Assembly: GCA_963664015.2 (NCBI GenBank)
Contig: CAXXLF010000002.1
Location: 800,001-864,000, forward strand
Direction of reading: 5' to 3'
Length of the DNA stretch: 64,000 bases
DNA from: Candidatus Binatia bacterium
GTDB lineage: Bacteria > Desulfobacterota > Binatia > UBA9968 > CAXXLF01
In this document: piece by piece, positions 18,178 to 29,223 of the stretch
Layout of the letters: the number at the start of each line of letters is the position of its first letter
Position numbering within the stretch: position 1 is the stretch's first letter
Position numbers and translations under genes: made by a program
Notes under the pieces: generated by a model
What the model was told of the DNA's origin: nothing
The model's database searches: none
The model's input: the letters and a program-made list of their open reading frames with translations, nothing else

Positions 18178-19246
18178 TAGGGCTCGACTCGGGCGCCGGC
18201 AAACTAGATTGGGAGGGAAGGAGCTCACGGACCCCATCCCACGGGTCATCGCTAATTTCAACGGATTCCTCGATCACCATCCATACCCTCACAAGGTCTT
18301 TTCCCTGGGACTGATATATGGACTCGAACAGATGGAGGCCCCCCAGGTAGAGCTGGTAATGGGCGATCACCGCGTTGTTCACCTCCCGTTTGGCATAGCT
18401 CCCATACCGATGCTGGGGACGATCTGTTATCAGGTTACTCCATTCTTGTTGACTGCGGGAGAAGATTCCCTGACGCAATTCGAGTTTTTTCTCATCCGGA
18501 ATGTCCCGCCGATACAGATCCCCAAGGGCGGCGGCGACTTCATTGAGGACAACCGAAAATTCGAGTTCTTGTTTCCAGGATTGCACGGCCTCCCGAAACT
18601 CAGTGCTCCCTTTACCGAAACGGTCCTCCAGAAAGATAATCGCCGCTCGGTTTCCCACAAAGCTGGCTATACTTTCGTTGAAAGCCACTGCCTCAACAAC
18701 AAACAATGTGTTATGAAAAAGCTCGTGAAAGATCACTTCCACCAAAACGGCCTTGTCCAGCTCTATGAGATGGGAAAGAAGTGGATCGTCAAACCAGCCC
18801 AGGGTACTGAAGGCTGAAACCGGCCGGACGAAGGTGTCGTACCCCCGATTTTTTAATCCTTGGGCCGCTTTCTTGGCGTCGTCTTCCGAGAAATACCCTT
18901 TATAAGGCATCCTTCCCACAAAGGGGAACCACCAGGTATTGGGCTGCAAGCTGGTGCCGGGTACCGCTGTCAACACGTAGGAGACAACTGACCCGTCCAC
19001 ATAGGAATAGCCCGAGTAGCTTCCACCGACATTGAGTTGTAACCTATCATGGGCAAATGTACGGGCTGCGAGTACCAATTCTAATTTTTCCCGCTTCTTT
19101 GGATCGAGTTCGGGGTCCTTGAGCATTTCTGAAATGGGTTGACGTCGCCAGAGGATCTTCCCTTCCTCATAGGCGGCTCGAAATACGTATACGGGGGAAC
19201 AACCGGACAGCAGAAGCAAAAAGAGAAGAAAGACCGTGGAAAACAT
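18164..19246 (-). CDS. Putative zinc aminopeptidase lipoprotein (DUF2265 / Aminopep family)
   Basis: LSGC lipobox, WWFPFVG..PYKGYF, AFSTLGWFDDP, IFHELFH, FNES.A. Confidence 0.85.
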   Translation of the reverse strand: MFSTVFLLFLLLLSGCSPVYVFRAAYEEGKILWRRQPISEMLKDPELDPKKREKLELVLAARTFAHDRLQLNVGGSYSGYSYVDGSVVSYVLTAVPGTSLQPNTWWFPFVGRMPYKGYFSEDDAKKAAQGLKNRGYDTFVRPVSAFSTLGWFDDPLLSHLIELDKAVLVEVIFHELFHNTLFVVEAVAFNESIASFVGNRAAIIFLEDRFGKGSTEFREAVQSWKQELEFSVVLNEVAAALGDLYRRDIPDEKKLELRQGIFSRSQQEWSNLITDRPQHRYGSYAKREVNNAVIAHYQLYLGGLHLFESIYQSQGKDLVRVWMVIEESVEISDDPWDGVRELLPSQSSLPAPESSPISHP

Positions 19247-19282
19247 GGGATTTGGGGAGCCGGCGAGGAGCGGGAAGGGCCG

Positions 19283-21103
19283 CTACTCTTGCACTTTAAC
19301 CTCGCTCCCTCTTTTACCCATATTCCATTCCTCGCGCTCGTATTGCAGGCGGTAGAGACGGTGATAGATGCCGCGCTTTTCTAATAGCTCCGCATGGGAG
19401 CCGATCTCGCGCACCTCCCCTTTATGTATGACAATGATTCGGTTGGCGTTTCGGATCGTGGAAAGTCGGTGAGCGATGACCAGGCAGGTTCGTTCCTTCA
19501 TCACGGTTTCCAAAGCGTCTTGAATCAGCAGTTCGGTCTCCGTGTCCACACTCGAAGTCGCCTCATCCAACACCAGGATCTCAGGATCGTAGACCAGTAC
19601 CCGAGCCATGGCCAGGAGTTGTCGTTGACCGGAAGAAAAGTTGCTGCCCCGCTCCCGTACCTGGGCGTTTAATTCTCCAGGCAGACGGCGAAGGAAACGC
19701 TCTGCATGGGTGGCCTGCACTGCCTTCTGGACCCGTTCCAATGGCACCGAGGAGTCCCCCAGCGTGAGGTTGCTCAAGACGTCGCCTGAGAACAGGAATA
19801 CATCCTGGAGGACCACGCCGATGTGCCGTCTCAACGCCTGCAGATCCCAGTCCCTGACATCCGCCCCATCCACCGCAACGGACCCTTGCTGTACGTCATA
19901 AAAGCGGCTGAGGAGTTTTATGGTGGTGGTCTTACCGGAACCGGTCGCTCCGACCACGGCGACTCTCTCTCCCGGAGCGATTCGAAAGGTCACCCCTTTG
20001 AGGACCGGGTCGGCTTCCCGATAACCAAACCATACATCGTTAAACGCAATTTCACCCCGGAAGGGGCTGGGGATGACGGGCTGCTTGGGACTCGTGATGG
20101 GCAGAGGGGTGTCGAGAAGCTGGAAGATCCGCTCGGCGGCAGTCATGGCCGACTGCATCACGGCGTATTTTTGGCTGAAGTCGCGCATGGGAATAAAGAA
20201 CCGGTGGATATACTCCTTAAACGCAACCAGAGTCCCGATCCCGATGGCCTGATTCAAGACCTCCCCTCCCCCATACCACAACAGAAGCGCCACACTGACG
20301 GAACCGGCGGCTTCTACCATAGAGAAGAGGGAAGCTTCATAAATATTGGACATTTGGATCGCATCCCGATGGGCACTATTGAGCTCGTCGAACTCGTCGA
20401 ACGTCTTTTGCTCGCGAACAAACAACTGGACAATGGACATGCCGGAAATCGCTTCGCCTAGGTATCCATTGATCCTTGAGATTCGCTCCCGTACGAGTCG
20501 GTAGATCTGACGGGCCCTGATTCGGAAAAAATTGATCGCCAGGGCGACAGGAGGGATCAGGGCCAGAGAAACCAGCGCCAGACCCGGGTGCAGAGAGAAC
20601 ATGATGACCACAATCCAGACAAGCATGATGACATCCGCCGCCAACGTCATAATTCCGGCAGCGAACATTTCCTGCAGAACCTCCACGTCGGTGGTCATCC
20701 GGGTCATCAGCCGACCGACCGGGTGCCGGTCGAAGGTACTCATGGGTATTCTCTGCACATGGGCGAATACGCTGACGCGAAGGTCGGCCAAGGCCTTCTG
20801 GGCGACCTGCATGGTTAAAAAATACTGGAAATAAAGAGTGATCATCTCCCCGAGAACCGCTGCGGCGAAGAGGCCTGCGGCAAATCCCAGGCCCCACATA
20901 TCCGCACCCGCGATATACCGATCGATGGCGACCTTCATGATGTATGGCTGGGCGAGGCCACACGCCTGCTGTACCGGGAGAAGAAGAACGGACAGCCAGA
21001 ATACGCCCTGGTAGGGCGCTATGAACTGCCACATCCGCTTTATCAGTTTTAGATCGTAGGCCTTCTCTGCAAAGACCTCTTCTTGTTGTGTCTCGGCGTT
21101 CAT
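19283..21103 (-). CDS. Heterodimeric ABC exporter subunit B (MdlB/TmrA-like)
   Basis: TM domain plus GATGSGKT, FSSGQRQ, LDEATSSVD. Confidence 0.92.
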   Translation of the reverse strand: MNAETQQEEVFAEKAYDLKLIKRMWQFIAPYQGVFWLSVLLLPVQQACGLAQPYIMKVAIDRYIAGADMWGLGFAAGLFAAAVLGEMITLYFQYFLTMQVAQKALADLRVSVFAHVQRIPMSTFDRHPVGRLMTRMTTDVEVLQEMFAAGIMTLAADVIMLVWIVVIMFSLHPGLALVSLALIPPVALAINFFRIRARQIYRLVRERISRINGYLGEAISGMSIVQLFVREQKTFDEFDELNSAHRDAIQMSNIYEASLFSMVEAAGSVSVALLLWYGGGEVLNQAIGIGTLVAFKEYIHRFFIPMRDFSQKYAVMQSAMTAAERIFQLLDTPLPITSPKQPVIPSPFRGEIAFNDVWFGYREADPVLKGVTFRIAPGERVAVVGATGSGKTTTIKLLSRFYDVQQGSVAVDGADVRDWDLQALRRHIGVVLQDVFLFSGDVLSNLTLGDSSVPLERVQKAVQATHAERFLRRLPGELNAQVRERGSNFSSGQRQLLAMARVLVYDPEILVLDEATSSVDTETELLIQDALETVMKERTCLVIAHRLSTIRNANRIIVIHKGEVREIGSHAELLEKRGIYHRLYRLQYEREEWNMGKRGSEVKVQE

Positions 21104-22867
21104 CTATAGTTGTTCCAGCTCTTCAGACAACTGTTGCTGGTGAAAAAGATCGGCATAGAGCCCATCCTCTTGCACCAGAGACTGATGGTCTCCCCTCTGC
21201 AGCACCGTACCTTCGTTTAGGACCAGGATTTCATCGGCTCCCCTGACCGTAGATATCCGATGGGAAATGATAATGCAGGTCTTATCCTTGAGGAGATCCT
21301 CGAACTCGTTCAGGATGTCCCGTTCGGTCTCGGCATCGACGCTGGAAAGGCAATCGTCCAGGATGATAAACGGTGCATGAAATAAAATGGCCCGCCCCAG
21401 AGTGGCCCTCTGTTTCTGCCCTCCGGAAAGAGCGATACCCCGTTCCCCAACGATAGTGTCCAGCCCGTTAATGAAACCTTCCACGTCCTGGTCGAGCCGG
21501 GCCGCGTGCACAGCCTCCTGAATAGCCGTGTCCGAGGCATCATCACTGCCGTAGGCCAGATTGCTTGCCAAGGTGCTGGAAAAAAGAAACGCGTCCTGTG
21601 GCACGTAACCTACGGCGCGCCGTAAGTCGGTTAGGGACAGGCTACGAATATCCTGACCACCGATGCGGATCTCCCCCGCCGATACGTCATAGAGCCGCGG
21701 GATGAGCTGGACCAACGAGGTCTTTCCAGCCCCTGTGCGTCCCACGATTCCCAATTTTTTCCCCCGTGGGAGGTGAAAGCTTATGTCCTTCAATGCCATC
21801 TCACCGTTGGTATTACCGCCGTAGGCAAAGCAAACATCGCGGAACTCGATGCCCTTACCCGATTGGGGTAGAGGAACAGGCCGGGCCGGATCCCCAATGG
21901 CCGGCTCAACCCTGAAAATCTCTTCGATTCGCCCCATGGACGCCCTTCCCCGCTCCACGAGGGCTAGCATCCACCCAAAAGCAGCCGTCGGCCACGCCAA
22001 GACATTGAGATACGCGATGAAGGCCACCACATCGGCCATCATCAGGTCTCCGGAGATAACCCGGACACCGCCATACCAGAGGATCACCAGAATGGTCAGC
22101 CCGCTGATAGCACCCATAAAGGGGTGGACCAGGCCACGGAGCTGCGCCATTTCCATGTTTCTTGCTTGATACTCTTTATTGAGATCTACGAACCGACGGG
22201 TTTGGTCTTGCTCACGCCCGTAGGCCTTCACCACGTGTATGCCGCTCAAGTTTTCCTGGACATGGCTGCTAAGTGCCGACATCTGCTGCTGGAGCTTAAG
22301 GGAGACGCTCTGAATCTTGCCCCTGAACCTTCGGAAGGCCCAAGCCATGAGCGGATAGGTCAGGACCACTACCAAGGTCATTCGCACGTCCATCTGGAGC
22401 ATGAGCACCATGGCGTAGAGGTAGTAGAGGGGAGCGTTGATCATGTTCAGAATGCCGGGTCCCAGGAGCATGCGAACGCTATTGATATCATTGATCGCAC
22501 GGGACATGAGGTCCCCGGTCCTCTGGGAGCGGTAATAGGACAGGGGCAATTTCAATAGATGGGCAAACACATCGTTTCTGAGCTCGTACTCCACGGCGCG
22601 ACCCGAGTTGAAGATGAGAAAGCGGGAAAAGGTACGCATCAACCCTTGGCCTACAGCAGCTCCCATGATCGCCATTGCATAAAAGACCACGTCCTCGTTG
22701 GGCCCTCCACGCTCGATGATGATTATCGCGGATCGAATCCACCACGGGATCACCATGACCAAGGTAGCGGTCAAAAAGAGGCATACGCCTCCGAGAAAAT
22801 AGCTCTGCCAATGGCGCCAGAGATAAATCCTCAATTTTTGCATCCCGGTCATTTGAACTACCGCCAT
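21104..22867 (-). CDS. Heterodimeric ABC exporter subunit A (MdlA/TmrB-like)
   Basis: TM domain plus GRTGAGKT, LSGGQKQR and degenerate Walker B LDDCLS. Confidence 0.92.
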   Translation of the reverse strand: MAVVQMTGMQKLRIYLWRHWQSYFLGGVCLFLTATLVMVIPWWIRSAIIIIERGGPNEDVVFYAMAIMGAAVGQGLMRTFSRFLIFNSGRAVEYELRNDVFAHLLKLPLSYYRSQRTGDLMSRAINDINSVRMLLGPGILNMINAPLYYLYAMVLMLQMDVRMTLVVVLTYPLMAWAFRRFRGKIQSVSLKLQQQMSALSSHVQENLSGIHVVKAYGREQDQTRRFVDLNKEYQARNMEMAQLRGLVHPFMGAISGLTILVILWYGGVRVISGDLMMADVVAFIAYLNVLAWPTAAFGWMLALVERGRASMGRIEEIFRVEPAIGDPARPVPLPQSGKGIEFRDVCFAYGGNTNGEMALKDISFHLPRGKKLGIVGRTGAGKTSLVQLIPRLYDVSAGEIRIGGQDIRSLSLTDLRRAVGYVPQDAFLFSSTLASNLAYGSDDASDTAIQEAVHAARLDQDVEGFINGLDTIVGERGIALSGGQKQRATLGRAILFHAPFIILDDCLSSVDAETERDILNEFEDLLKDKTCIIISHRISTVRGADEILVLNEGTVLQRGDHQSLVQEDGLYADLFHQQQLSEELEQL

Positions 22868-22873
22868 TAGCTC

Positions 22874-23113
22874 TCAGCGCTCCAATCTCTTTTTAAGTTC
22901 CCCCGCCGAAACCCGGTATTTGAAGGCCTTGCGCCGGTCGATAAACAGAACTGGGACCTCGGCACCGAAGGCTTCTGTCAACTGGGGCGAACTATCCACA
23001 TCGATTTCATCAAGCTCTATGGGATTCGCCCTGGCGACCTTCCGGATGACCTCTTTCATCTCCTCACATAGACAGCTGTGCCTTCGTGTGTAAAGCGTGA
23101 GATGCCGGTTCAT
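22874..23113 (-). CDS. Glutaredoxin-like protein (DUF836)
   Basis: MNRHLTLYTRRHSCLCEEMK...EIDVD...FGAEVPVLFID; own ATG at 23113 with RBS. Confidence 0.75.
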   Translation of the reverse strand: MNRHLTLYTRRHSCLCEEMKEVIRKVARANPIELDEIDVDSSPQLTEAFGAEVPVLFIDRRKAFKYRVSAGELKKRLER

Positions 23114-24050
23114 TCCCGTTCCTCGGTTGAAATAATGATGTCCTTGGGAATGGACAGGGCGCCAAAGAGGAACTCGGAAAGGGTGCTTGATCGGCCCTTT
23201 GACATTGAAACTCGCCACCAGAAGCGAATTCTTGATCCCTGCTATTCCCCTGCCTATGAAATGGATCCGGTTAACCGCCGAGTCGACCCCAGGGAAGGGG
23301 CGCATGGCAATGACAAAATCTATTTTGTCTTTGGCCCCATCGATCTCCCCGGCCCCGCTGATACGCAGCTCTTCGCCGGACACCAACAGATTGCGCGTCG
23401 AGTACACCCCACGGGCGATTTTAAAGTCGCCGCTAACGGTCTCAAAAGGAACACCTTCTTGATTGATATCAGGCATTTTAAGTGTAAACCAACGGGATAA
23501 ATCTAAAACGCTCAAGATACGCACCAGGACCGCCATCCTGCGTATGACTCCCTTTCGCGCCCGGAGCTTGAATCCGCCCTCCAGGTTTTGTTTTTTCTCG
23601 GCAATCGTTTTACCACGGGTCTCAAAGGTTCCGCTCAGGTCGACCCGGCCGGACACCTCCCCTATGTCTTTGCCGAAAAAGCCCAATACCCCACTGGCGG
23701 GAACGTTTTGAATCCGCGACTCGATGGCTAGGAGCGGTTCCTCGGGCTAGTCGATAATCGACGCGGTACCGTCGATGGTTCCCCCTTCTGATTTGGCAGA
23801 AAAATTGTCAAAGAGCCAGTGTCGTCGGTCCAGAGAAATATTGCTCTTGAGATTGGAAAAGCGGAGGCGCTTGTCCCCCCCTTATCGATCTCCACCCTCC
23901 CCTTGATCTGCAACTCATCGTAGAAACGAGCTACCGCCGGGGATGCCGGTTTTTTAGGCCTCTCCCGAGGCAAGAGCTCGGTAAAATCCATATCGACGGC
24001 CTTCGAGGTGAATGTCAGCTGGGGACTTCCCCTATACGCCAATCGGCCCT
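23110..24050 (-). pseudogene. C-terminal part of an AsmA-like (AsmA_2/DUF3971) protein with several frameshifts
   Basis: GVPFETVSGDFKIARGVYST.NLLVSG..LRISGAG.ID, F.V.GP...P; fragments in three frames; N-terminus missing. Confidence 0.65.
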
Positions 24051-24641
24051 TGAAATCACCTTGCCACCAAGCCCCGGGATCCGTATTTTGAGACCACGAA
24101 AATCCGACGTCGGATTGATACACTTACGAAACCACCCTCCCATTTGCATTCCAGTAGAGGCCGACGGTCGAGGCACGAGACCGAAGCTCTCGTAGGTCTC
24201 TTCCCAGAGTTTCAGGCCACCGCCCGAGTACAACCACGCGTACTGTCCCTCGGCGTTCAGCCCGAAGGGGACTGCCGTAAACCACTGGACCGCGGGCTCC
24301 TTGCCCGCCCAGTAATACGACGCGGCATTGTACATTTCGATGGTCCCCTGCTGACAGGCATCGAACGCACCGCTTCCTGGAACCAATTCGCCGGCGGCAA
24401 ACACCCGGATTTTAAGCTGACCACCGCTCATTTCCTCAACGACGGTGGCAAATCTCCTGGCGTTGCCCAAGAGGATATCCAGGGCCGGGGTCCAGGCCGT
24501 TACCATACGCCACTCAAAATGGGGACGTGGGATGACCTAAGGTACGCTATCCTGACGGCTTTCCTGTCGGCACCCTGCAACGGTTGCCTCCGCGGAAGCC
24601 AACGCGCCTCCCGCTGTTAAAAGAAATTCCCGCCGTTCCAT
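24040..24641 (-). pseudogene. TRAP solute-binding protein (DctP/TakP-like), in-frame TAG at 24537 and C-terminal truncation
   Basis: Tat signal MERREFL, WRMVTAW, AAGELVP, YYWAGK, QMGGWFRK, GLKIRIPGLGG, then runs into AsmA sequence. Confidence 0.8.
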
Positions 24642-24718
24642 CAATCCATGCCACCAATCCCCCAGCTTGACAGGTCTACTCTTATCATCCAGACTTCAAA
24701 TAATCGAGGCGTTATAAG

Positions 24719-25657
24719 GTGGCAGTTAAAGATGTGTTTCTCGCCCAACCCCGGGGATTTTGCGCCGGGGTGGAGATGGCGGTGGATACGGTTGAACGGG
24801 CACTGCAAAAGTTTGGTGCCCCCGTTTACGTTTTCCACGAGATCGTCCATAATCGCAGCGTCGTTGAGGACTTCCAGCGCCGAGGCGTGATATTCGTCCA
24901 GTCGGTGGAAGAGGTCCCAACGGGCGCAACGCTTATCTTCAGCGCCCATGGGATCTCGCCCGCCGTTAACGGCGAGGCCAAGGCGAAAGAGCTCCAATTG
25001 ATCCTGGACGCCACCTGTCCCCTGGTCGAGAAGGTGCACCGGGAGGTGCGCCGGTACAACACCCAGAGTTATTGGATCTTCCTTATCGGACAGAGAGGCC
25101 ACGACGAGATTGTCGGCACCAGCGGTGAAGCCCCCAAGCGTATACAAATCGTGTCAACCGTTGAGGAGGCCCATCGGGTCGATGTTCCCGACCCAAAACG
25201 GGTTGCCGTTCTAACCCAGACCACCCTGAGCATCGATGACACCAGAGAGATCATCGAGGCCCTCAAGAAAAGATTCCCCAACATGATCGTTCCGGCTAAG
25301 GACGATATCTGCTACGCGACCCAGAATCGCCAGGACGCCGTCAAGGAACTGGCTGGGCAAGTGGAACTGATACTAGTGATCGGGTCCCCTAATAGCGAAA
25401 ATTCCAACCAGCTCTGCCGGGTCGCCAACTCTAAGGGGACTCGGGCTTACCTGATAAACAGCATCAACGAACTCGACCCCAACTGGCTCGAGGGTGTGGA
25501 ACGGCTCGGCATTACGTCCGGGGCCTCAGCCCCCGAACATCTCGTACAAGAGGCAGCGGGGTATTTCAAACAAAGGGGCGCCCATGTAACCAGCATCGGC
25601 TTTAAGGAACAGGAGATCCATTTTGCTCTCCCCGATGGCCTAGAAGCCTCTTCCTGA
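24719..25657 (+). CDS. ispH: 4-hydroxy-3-methylbut-2-enyl diphosphate reductase
   Basis: PRGFCAGV, HEIVHN, SAHG, DATCPLV, QTT, DICYATQNRQ, GASAP. Confidence 0.96.
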   Translation: MAVKDVFLAQPRGFCAGVEMAVDTVERALQKFGAPVYVFHEIVHNRSVVEDFQRRGVIFVQSVEEVPTGATLIFSAHGISPAVNGEAKAKELQLILDATCPLVEKVHREVRRYNTQSYWIFLIGQRGHDEIVGTSGEAPKRIQIVSTVEEAHRVDVPDPKRVAVLTQTTLSIDDTREIIEALKKRFPNMIVPAKDDICYATQNRQDAVKELAGQVELILVIGSPNSENSNQLCRVANSKGTRAYLINSINELDPNWLEGVERLGITSGASAPEHLVQEAAGYFKQRGAHVTSIGFKEQEIHFALPDGLEASS

Positions 25658-25734
25658 AGCCTCCACGGGCTTACACCCATGCCTTTCTCTGGAGGTGGAC
25701 AAATTTCCTCCCCATTTACACCAAATATCATTGA

Positions 25735-25785
25735 AGCTTAAAAGATAGGCATTTGCCTATTTTTTGCCCATCAATTTTTGGGCTT
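25735..25785. promoter_or_regulatory. Possible NtrC-like enhancer sites
   Basis: GCTTAAAAGATAGGCA, TGCCTATTTTTTGCCCA and GCCCATCAATTTTTGGGC AT-centred dyads upstream of the sigma54 promoter. Confidence 0.35.
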
Positions 25786-25824
25786 GTGTCAGCTAAATCC
25801 CTGTAGTAATAGAAACCGGTCCAG

Positions 25825-25840
25825 TGGCATATGAATTGCA
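25825..25840 (+). promoter_or_regulatory. Sigma54 promoter of amtB-glnA-PII
   Basis: TGGCATATGAATTGCA, near-consensus GG-N10-GC. Confidence 0.8.
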
Positions 25841-25901
25841 ATCTCATCGGGTACATCACGGAAAAAATATTATCATCGACAAATAGGGGGAGGATCGAAA
25901 C

Positions 25902-27227
25902 GTGATTGAGCAGAAAAGAATTTGGATGGTACTTTCATTTTTAATTGCCGTCGCCGCATATTTAGTCGCGACCCCGGCCCTTGCTCAACAGGCGGCTCCG
26001 CCTCCAACCATAGACTCGGGAGATACAGCCTGGATTCTCACCTCTTCCGCTCTGGTTTTGATGATGACTATTCCGGGACTATTCCTCTTTTACGGTGGTT
26101 TGGTTCGGGGAAAGAATATTCTCGGAACGATCATGCATAGCTTCATCATCGTGGCCCTGATCAGCGTCCAATGGGTCCTTTGGGGCTACAGCCTATCCTT
26201 CGGTCCCGACATCGGCGGTATCGTGGGCAGCCTAGCCTGGTTCGGCCTAAACGGCGTTGGCGTCGAGCCGTCGAGCTACGCACCGACGATTCCCCACCAG
26301 GCCTTTATGGTCTTTCAAATGATGTTCGCCATCATCACCCCGGCACTTATCACGGGAGCCTTTGCCGAACGAGCCAAGTTCAGCACCTTCCTTGTCTTCA
26401 TCCTGCTTTGGTCGACCTTTATATACGACCCCCTCTGCCACTGGGTATGGGGCGGTGGTTGGATAGGGTCCATGGGAGCCATGGATTTTGCCGGAGGCAC
26501 AGTCGTCCATATCAGTTCCGGCGTATCCGCCCTAGCAGCGGCCATCATGTTTGGTAAGCGGGCAGGCTACGGGAGGGAACCCATGCCGCCCCACAATCTG
26601 CCTTTCAGCGTCATAGGAGCATCCCTACTGTGGGTGGGCTGGTTTGGCTTCAATGCTGGTAGCGCCCTGGCAGCCGATGGACTCGCCACAATCGCCTTTG
26701 TTACGACCCATACGGCAACGGCGGGAGCCGTGCTGTCGTGGATGTTTATGGACTGGGCATTGAAGGGCAAGCCAACCGCTCTGGGAGCGGCCAGCGGTGC
26801 CGTCGCAGGGCTAGTGGCCATAACACCGGCAGCGGGCTTTGTGACCCCGATTTCGGCACTGATTATCGGTATCGTCGCCGGAATACTTTGCTCCACAGCA
26901 TGTAATTTGAAATCCAAATTGGGCTACGACGACTCCCTCGATGTGGTCGGGGTCCATGGGGTCGGCGGTATCTGGGGCGCATTGGCAACTGGTCTTTTTG
27001 CCTCAACGGCAGTAAATTCGGCCGGAAGTAATGGCCTTTTTTACGGCAATCCGGGGCAGCTCTGGATCCAGTTCGTAGCCGTCCTGGCGACCGCTGTACT
27101 GGCCTTTGTCGGCACCTTTATTATTCTTGGGATCCTCAAGATCACCATGGGGCTCAGGGTCAGTGAGGAAGAAGAGAGCATGGGGTTGGATCTAGGCCAG
27201 CACAACGAGAAGGGATATTCCATCTAG
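25902..27227 (+). CDS. amtB: Ammonium transporter
   Basis: FQMMFAIIT, DFAGGTVVH, GWFGFNAGS, DDSLDVVGVHG. Confidence 0.96.
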   Translation: MIEQKRIWMVLSFLIAVAAYLVATPALAQQAAPPPTIDSGDTAWILTSSALVLMMTIPGLFLFYGGLVRGKNILGTIMHSFIIVALISVQWVLWGYSLSFGPDIGGIVGSLAWFGLNGVGVEPSSYAPTIPHQAFMVFQMMFAIITPALITGAFAERAKFSTFLVFILLWSTFIYDPLCHWVWGGGWIGSMGAMDFAGGTVVHISSGVSALAAAIMFGKRAGYGREPMPPHNLPFSVIGASLLWVGWFGFNAGSALAADGLATIAFVTTHTATAGAVLSWMFMDWALKGKPTALGAASGAVAGLVAITPAAGFVTPISALIIGIVAGILCSTACNLKSKLGYDDSLDVVGVHGVGGIWGALATGLFASTAVNSAGSNGLFYGNPGQLWIQFVAVLATAVLAFVGTFIILGILKITMGLRVSEEEESMGLDLGQHNEKGYSI

Positions 27228-27331
27228 CCCCCGTAGCCAGTCTCCGGGGGACTACCCCCGGGGGAAAATAAATGCTAATAGATTCGATTCAAAAATTTTC
27301 CAACATTTGAGGGAAAGAGAGGGATAAGATA

Positions 27332-28747
27332 ATGACACCCAGCGAGGTATTAGAGTATGCCAAGAAAAACCAAGTAGAAATCGTTGATTTAAGGTTCTGC
27401 GACCTGCCGGGTCTCTGGCAGCATTTTTCCATAACGATGACTCAGTTCGACGAAGATCTGTTCGAGAACGGAATCGGCTTTGATGGTTCTAGCATCCGCG
27501 GGTTTCAGACCATCCATGAATCGGACATGCTTCTATTCCCGGATCCGGACACGGCCGTTCTCGACCCTTTTACTGCCCTGCCCACGTTGATCCTCATCTG
27601 CTCCGTCAAAGACCCAATCACAAGGCAGTCCTATACGAGAGATCCCCGCTACGTGGCCCAAAAGGCTGAGATGTATCTCAAATCTACGGGGCTAGCGGAT
27701 ACGAGCTACTGGGGGCCCGAGATCGAGTTCTACGTGTTCGACAACGTGCGTTTCGATCAGAGCTCCAATCACGGCTTTTACTACGTGGACTCGGAAGAGG
27801 GTGCCTGGAATACAGGCAGCGATGAGAGACCCAACCTGGGATATAAGCCCAGGTATAAAGAGGGGTACTTCCCGGTCCCTCCCATGGACCATTTGCAGGA
27901 TCTTCGGTCGGAGATGGTTCGTACGCTTGAGAAGAGCGGCATACCGGTAGAGGTCCATCACCACGAGGTCGGTACCGGTGGCCAATGCGAGATCGACCTA
28001 CGTTTTACAACGCTGGTCAAGATGGCCGACCAGGTATTGATGTACAAGTACATCGTCAAGAACGTGGCAAGGAAAAACGGCAAGACCGTAACCATGATGC
28101 CCAAGCCCCTCTTTATGGACAACGGCTCCGGTATGCACACCCACCAGAGCCTCTGGAAAAACGGCAAAAACGTCTTTTACGATCCAAAGAACTACGGGCT
28201 GATCAGCGATACGACCCGTTACTACATCGGGGGACTGCTCAAACATGCCCCCGCCCTCTGTGGTTTAATCGCACCGAGCACCAATTCGTATCGCAGGTTG
28301 GTACCGGGCTACGAGGCTCCTATCAATCTGGTCTATTCACTGAGGAACCGGAGCGCTTGTATACGTATTCCGGTCTATTCGACTAGCGAGAAGGCAAGGC
28401 GGCTCGAATTCAGAACTCCCGACCCAAGCTGCAATGCGTACTTATCCTTTTCGGCGCAGCTGATGGCCGGTCTGGACGGCGTCAAGAACAAGATCGAGCC
28501 GCCCAAGCCCATCGATAAGGACCTTTATGAACTCTCTCCTGAAGAGGCAGCTGATGTGAAGTCGATACCAACATCCCTCGATGCGTCTCTGGAGGCCTTG
28601 GAGAAGGACCATGACTTTCTGCTCGTCGGGGACGTCTTTACCAAAGATGTGATTGACACATGGATCAACTTCAAGCGCACCAAAGAGATAGAACCCATGC
28701 GGCTGAGGCCCCATCCCCACGAATTCGCTCTTTATTATGACATTTAA
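27332..28747 (+). CDS. glnA: Glutamine synthetase type I
   Basis: FDGSSI, HHEV, MPKP..DNGSGMH, NRSA.IRIP, DLY adenylylation site. Confidence 0.97.
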   Translation: MTPSEVLEYAKKNQVEIVDLRFCDLPGLWQHFSITMTQFDEDLFENGIGFDGSSIRGFQTIHESDMLLFPDPDTAVLDPFTALPTLILICSVKDPITRQSYTRDPRYVAQKAEMYLKSTGLADTSYWGPEIEFYVFDNVRFDQSSNHGFYYVDSEEGAWNTGSDERPNLGYKPRYKEGYFPVPPMDHLQDLRSEMVRTLEKSGIPVEVHHHEVGTGGQCEIDLRFTTLVKMADQVLMYKYIVKNVARKNGKTVTMMPKPLFMDNGSGMHTHQSLWKNGKNVFYDPKNYGLISDTTRYYIGGLLKHAPALCGLIAPSTNSYRRLVPGYEAPINLVYSLRNRSACIRIPVYSTSEKARRLEFRTPDPSCNAYLSFSAQLMAGLDGVKNKIEPPKPIDKDLYELSPEEAADVKSIPTSLDASLEALEKDHDFLLVGDVFTKDVIDTWINFKRTKEIEPMRLRPHPHEFALYYDI

Positions 28748-29131
<384 letters not shown>

Positions 29132-29148
29132 TTAATCGGAACTAGAGT

Positions 29149-29172
29149 AATCGGCCCATTAGGGGCCGATTA
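29149..29172. terminator. Hairpin between convergent P-II and UbiD genes
   Basis: AATCGGCCC-ATTAG-GGGCCGATT inverted repeat. Confidence 0.6.
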
Positions 29173-29223
29173 TCCAATTTACCTAAACTTGTTTCGACCC
29201 ACCCACTAGCACCTGATTAATTT

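Noticed and set aside
22874-23686. Novel AsmA-glutaredoxin fusion protein in the ORF track
   Set aside because: Produced by a frameshift near the end of the AsmA pseudogene; the glutaredoxin has its own RBS and ATG at 23113
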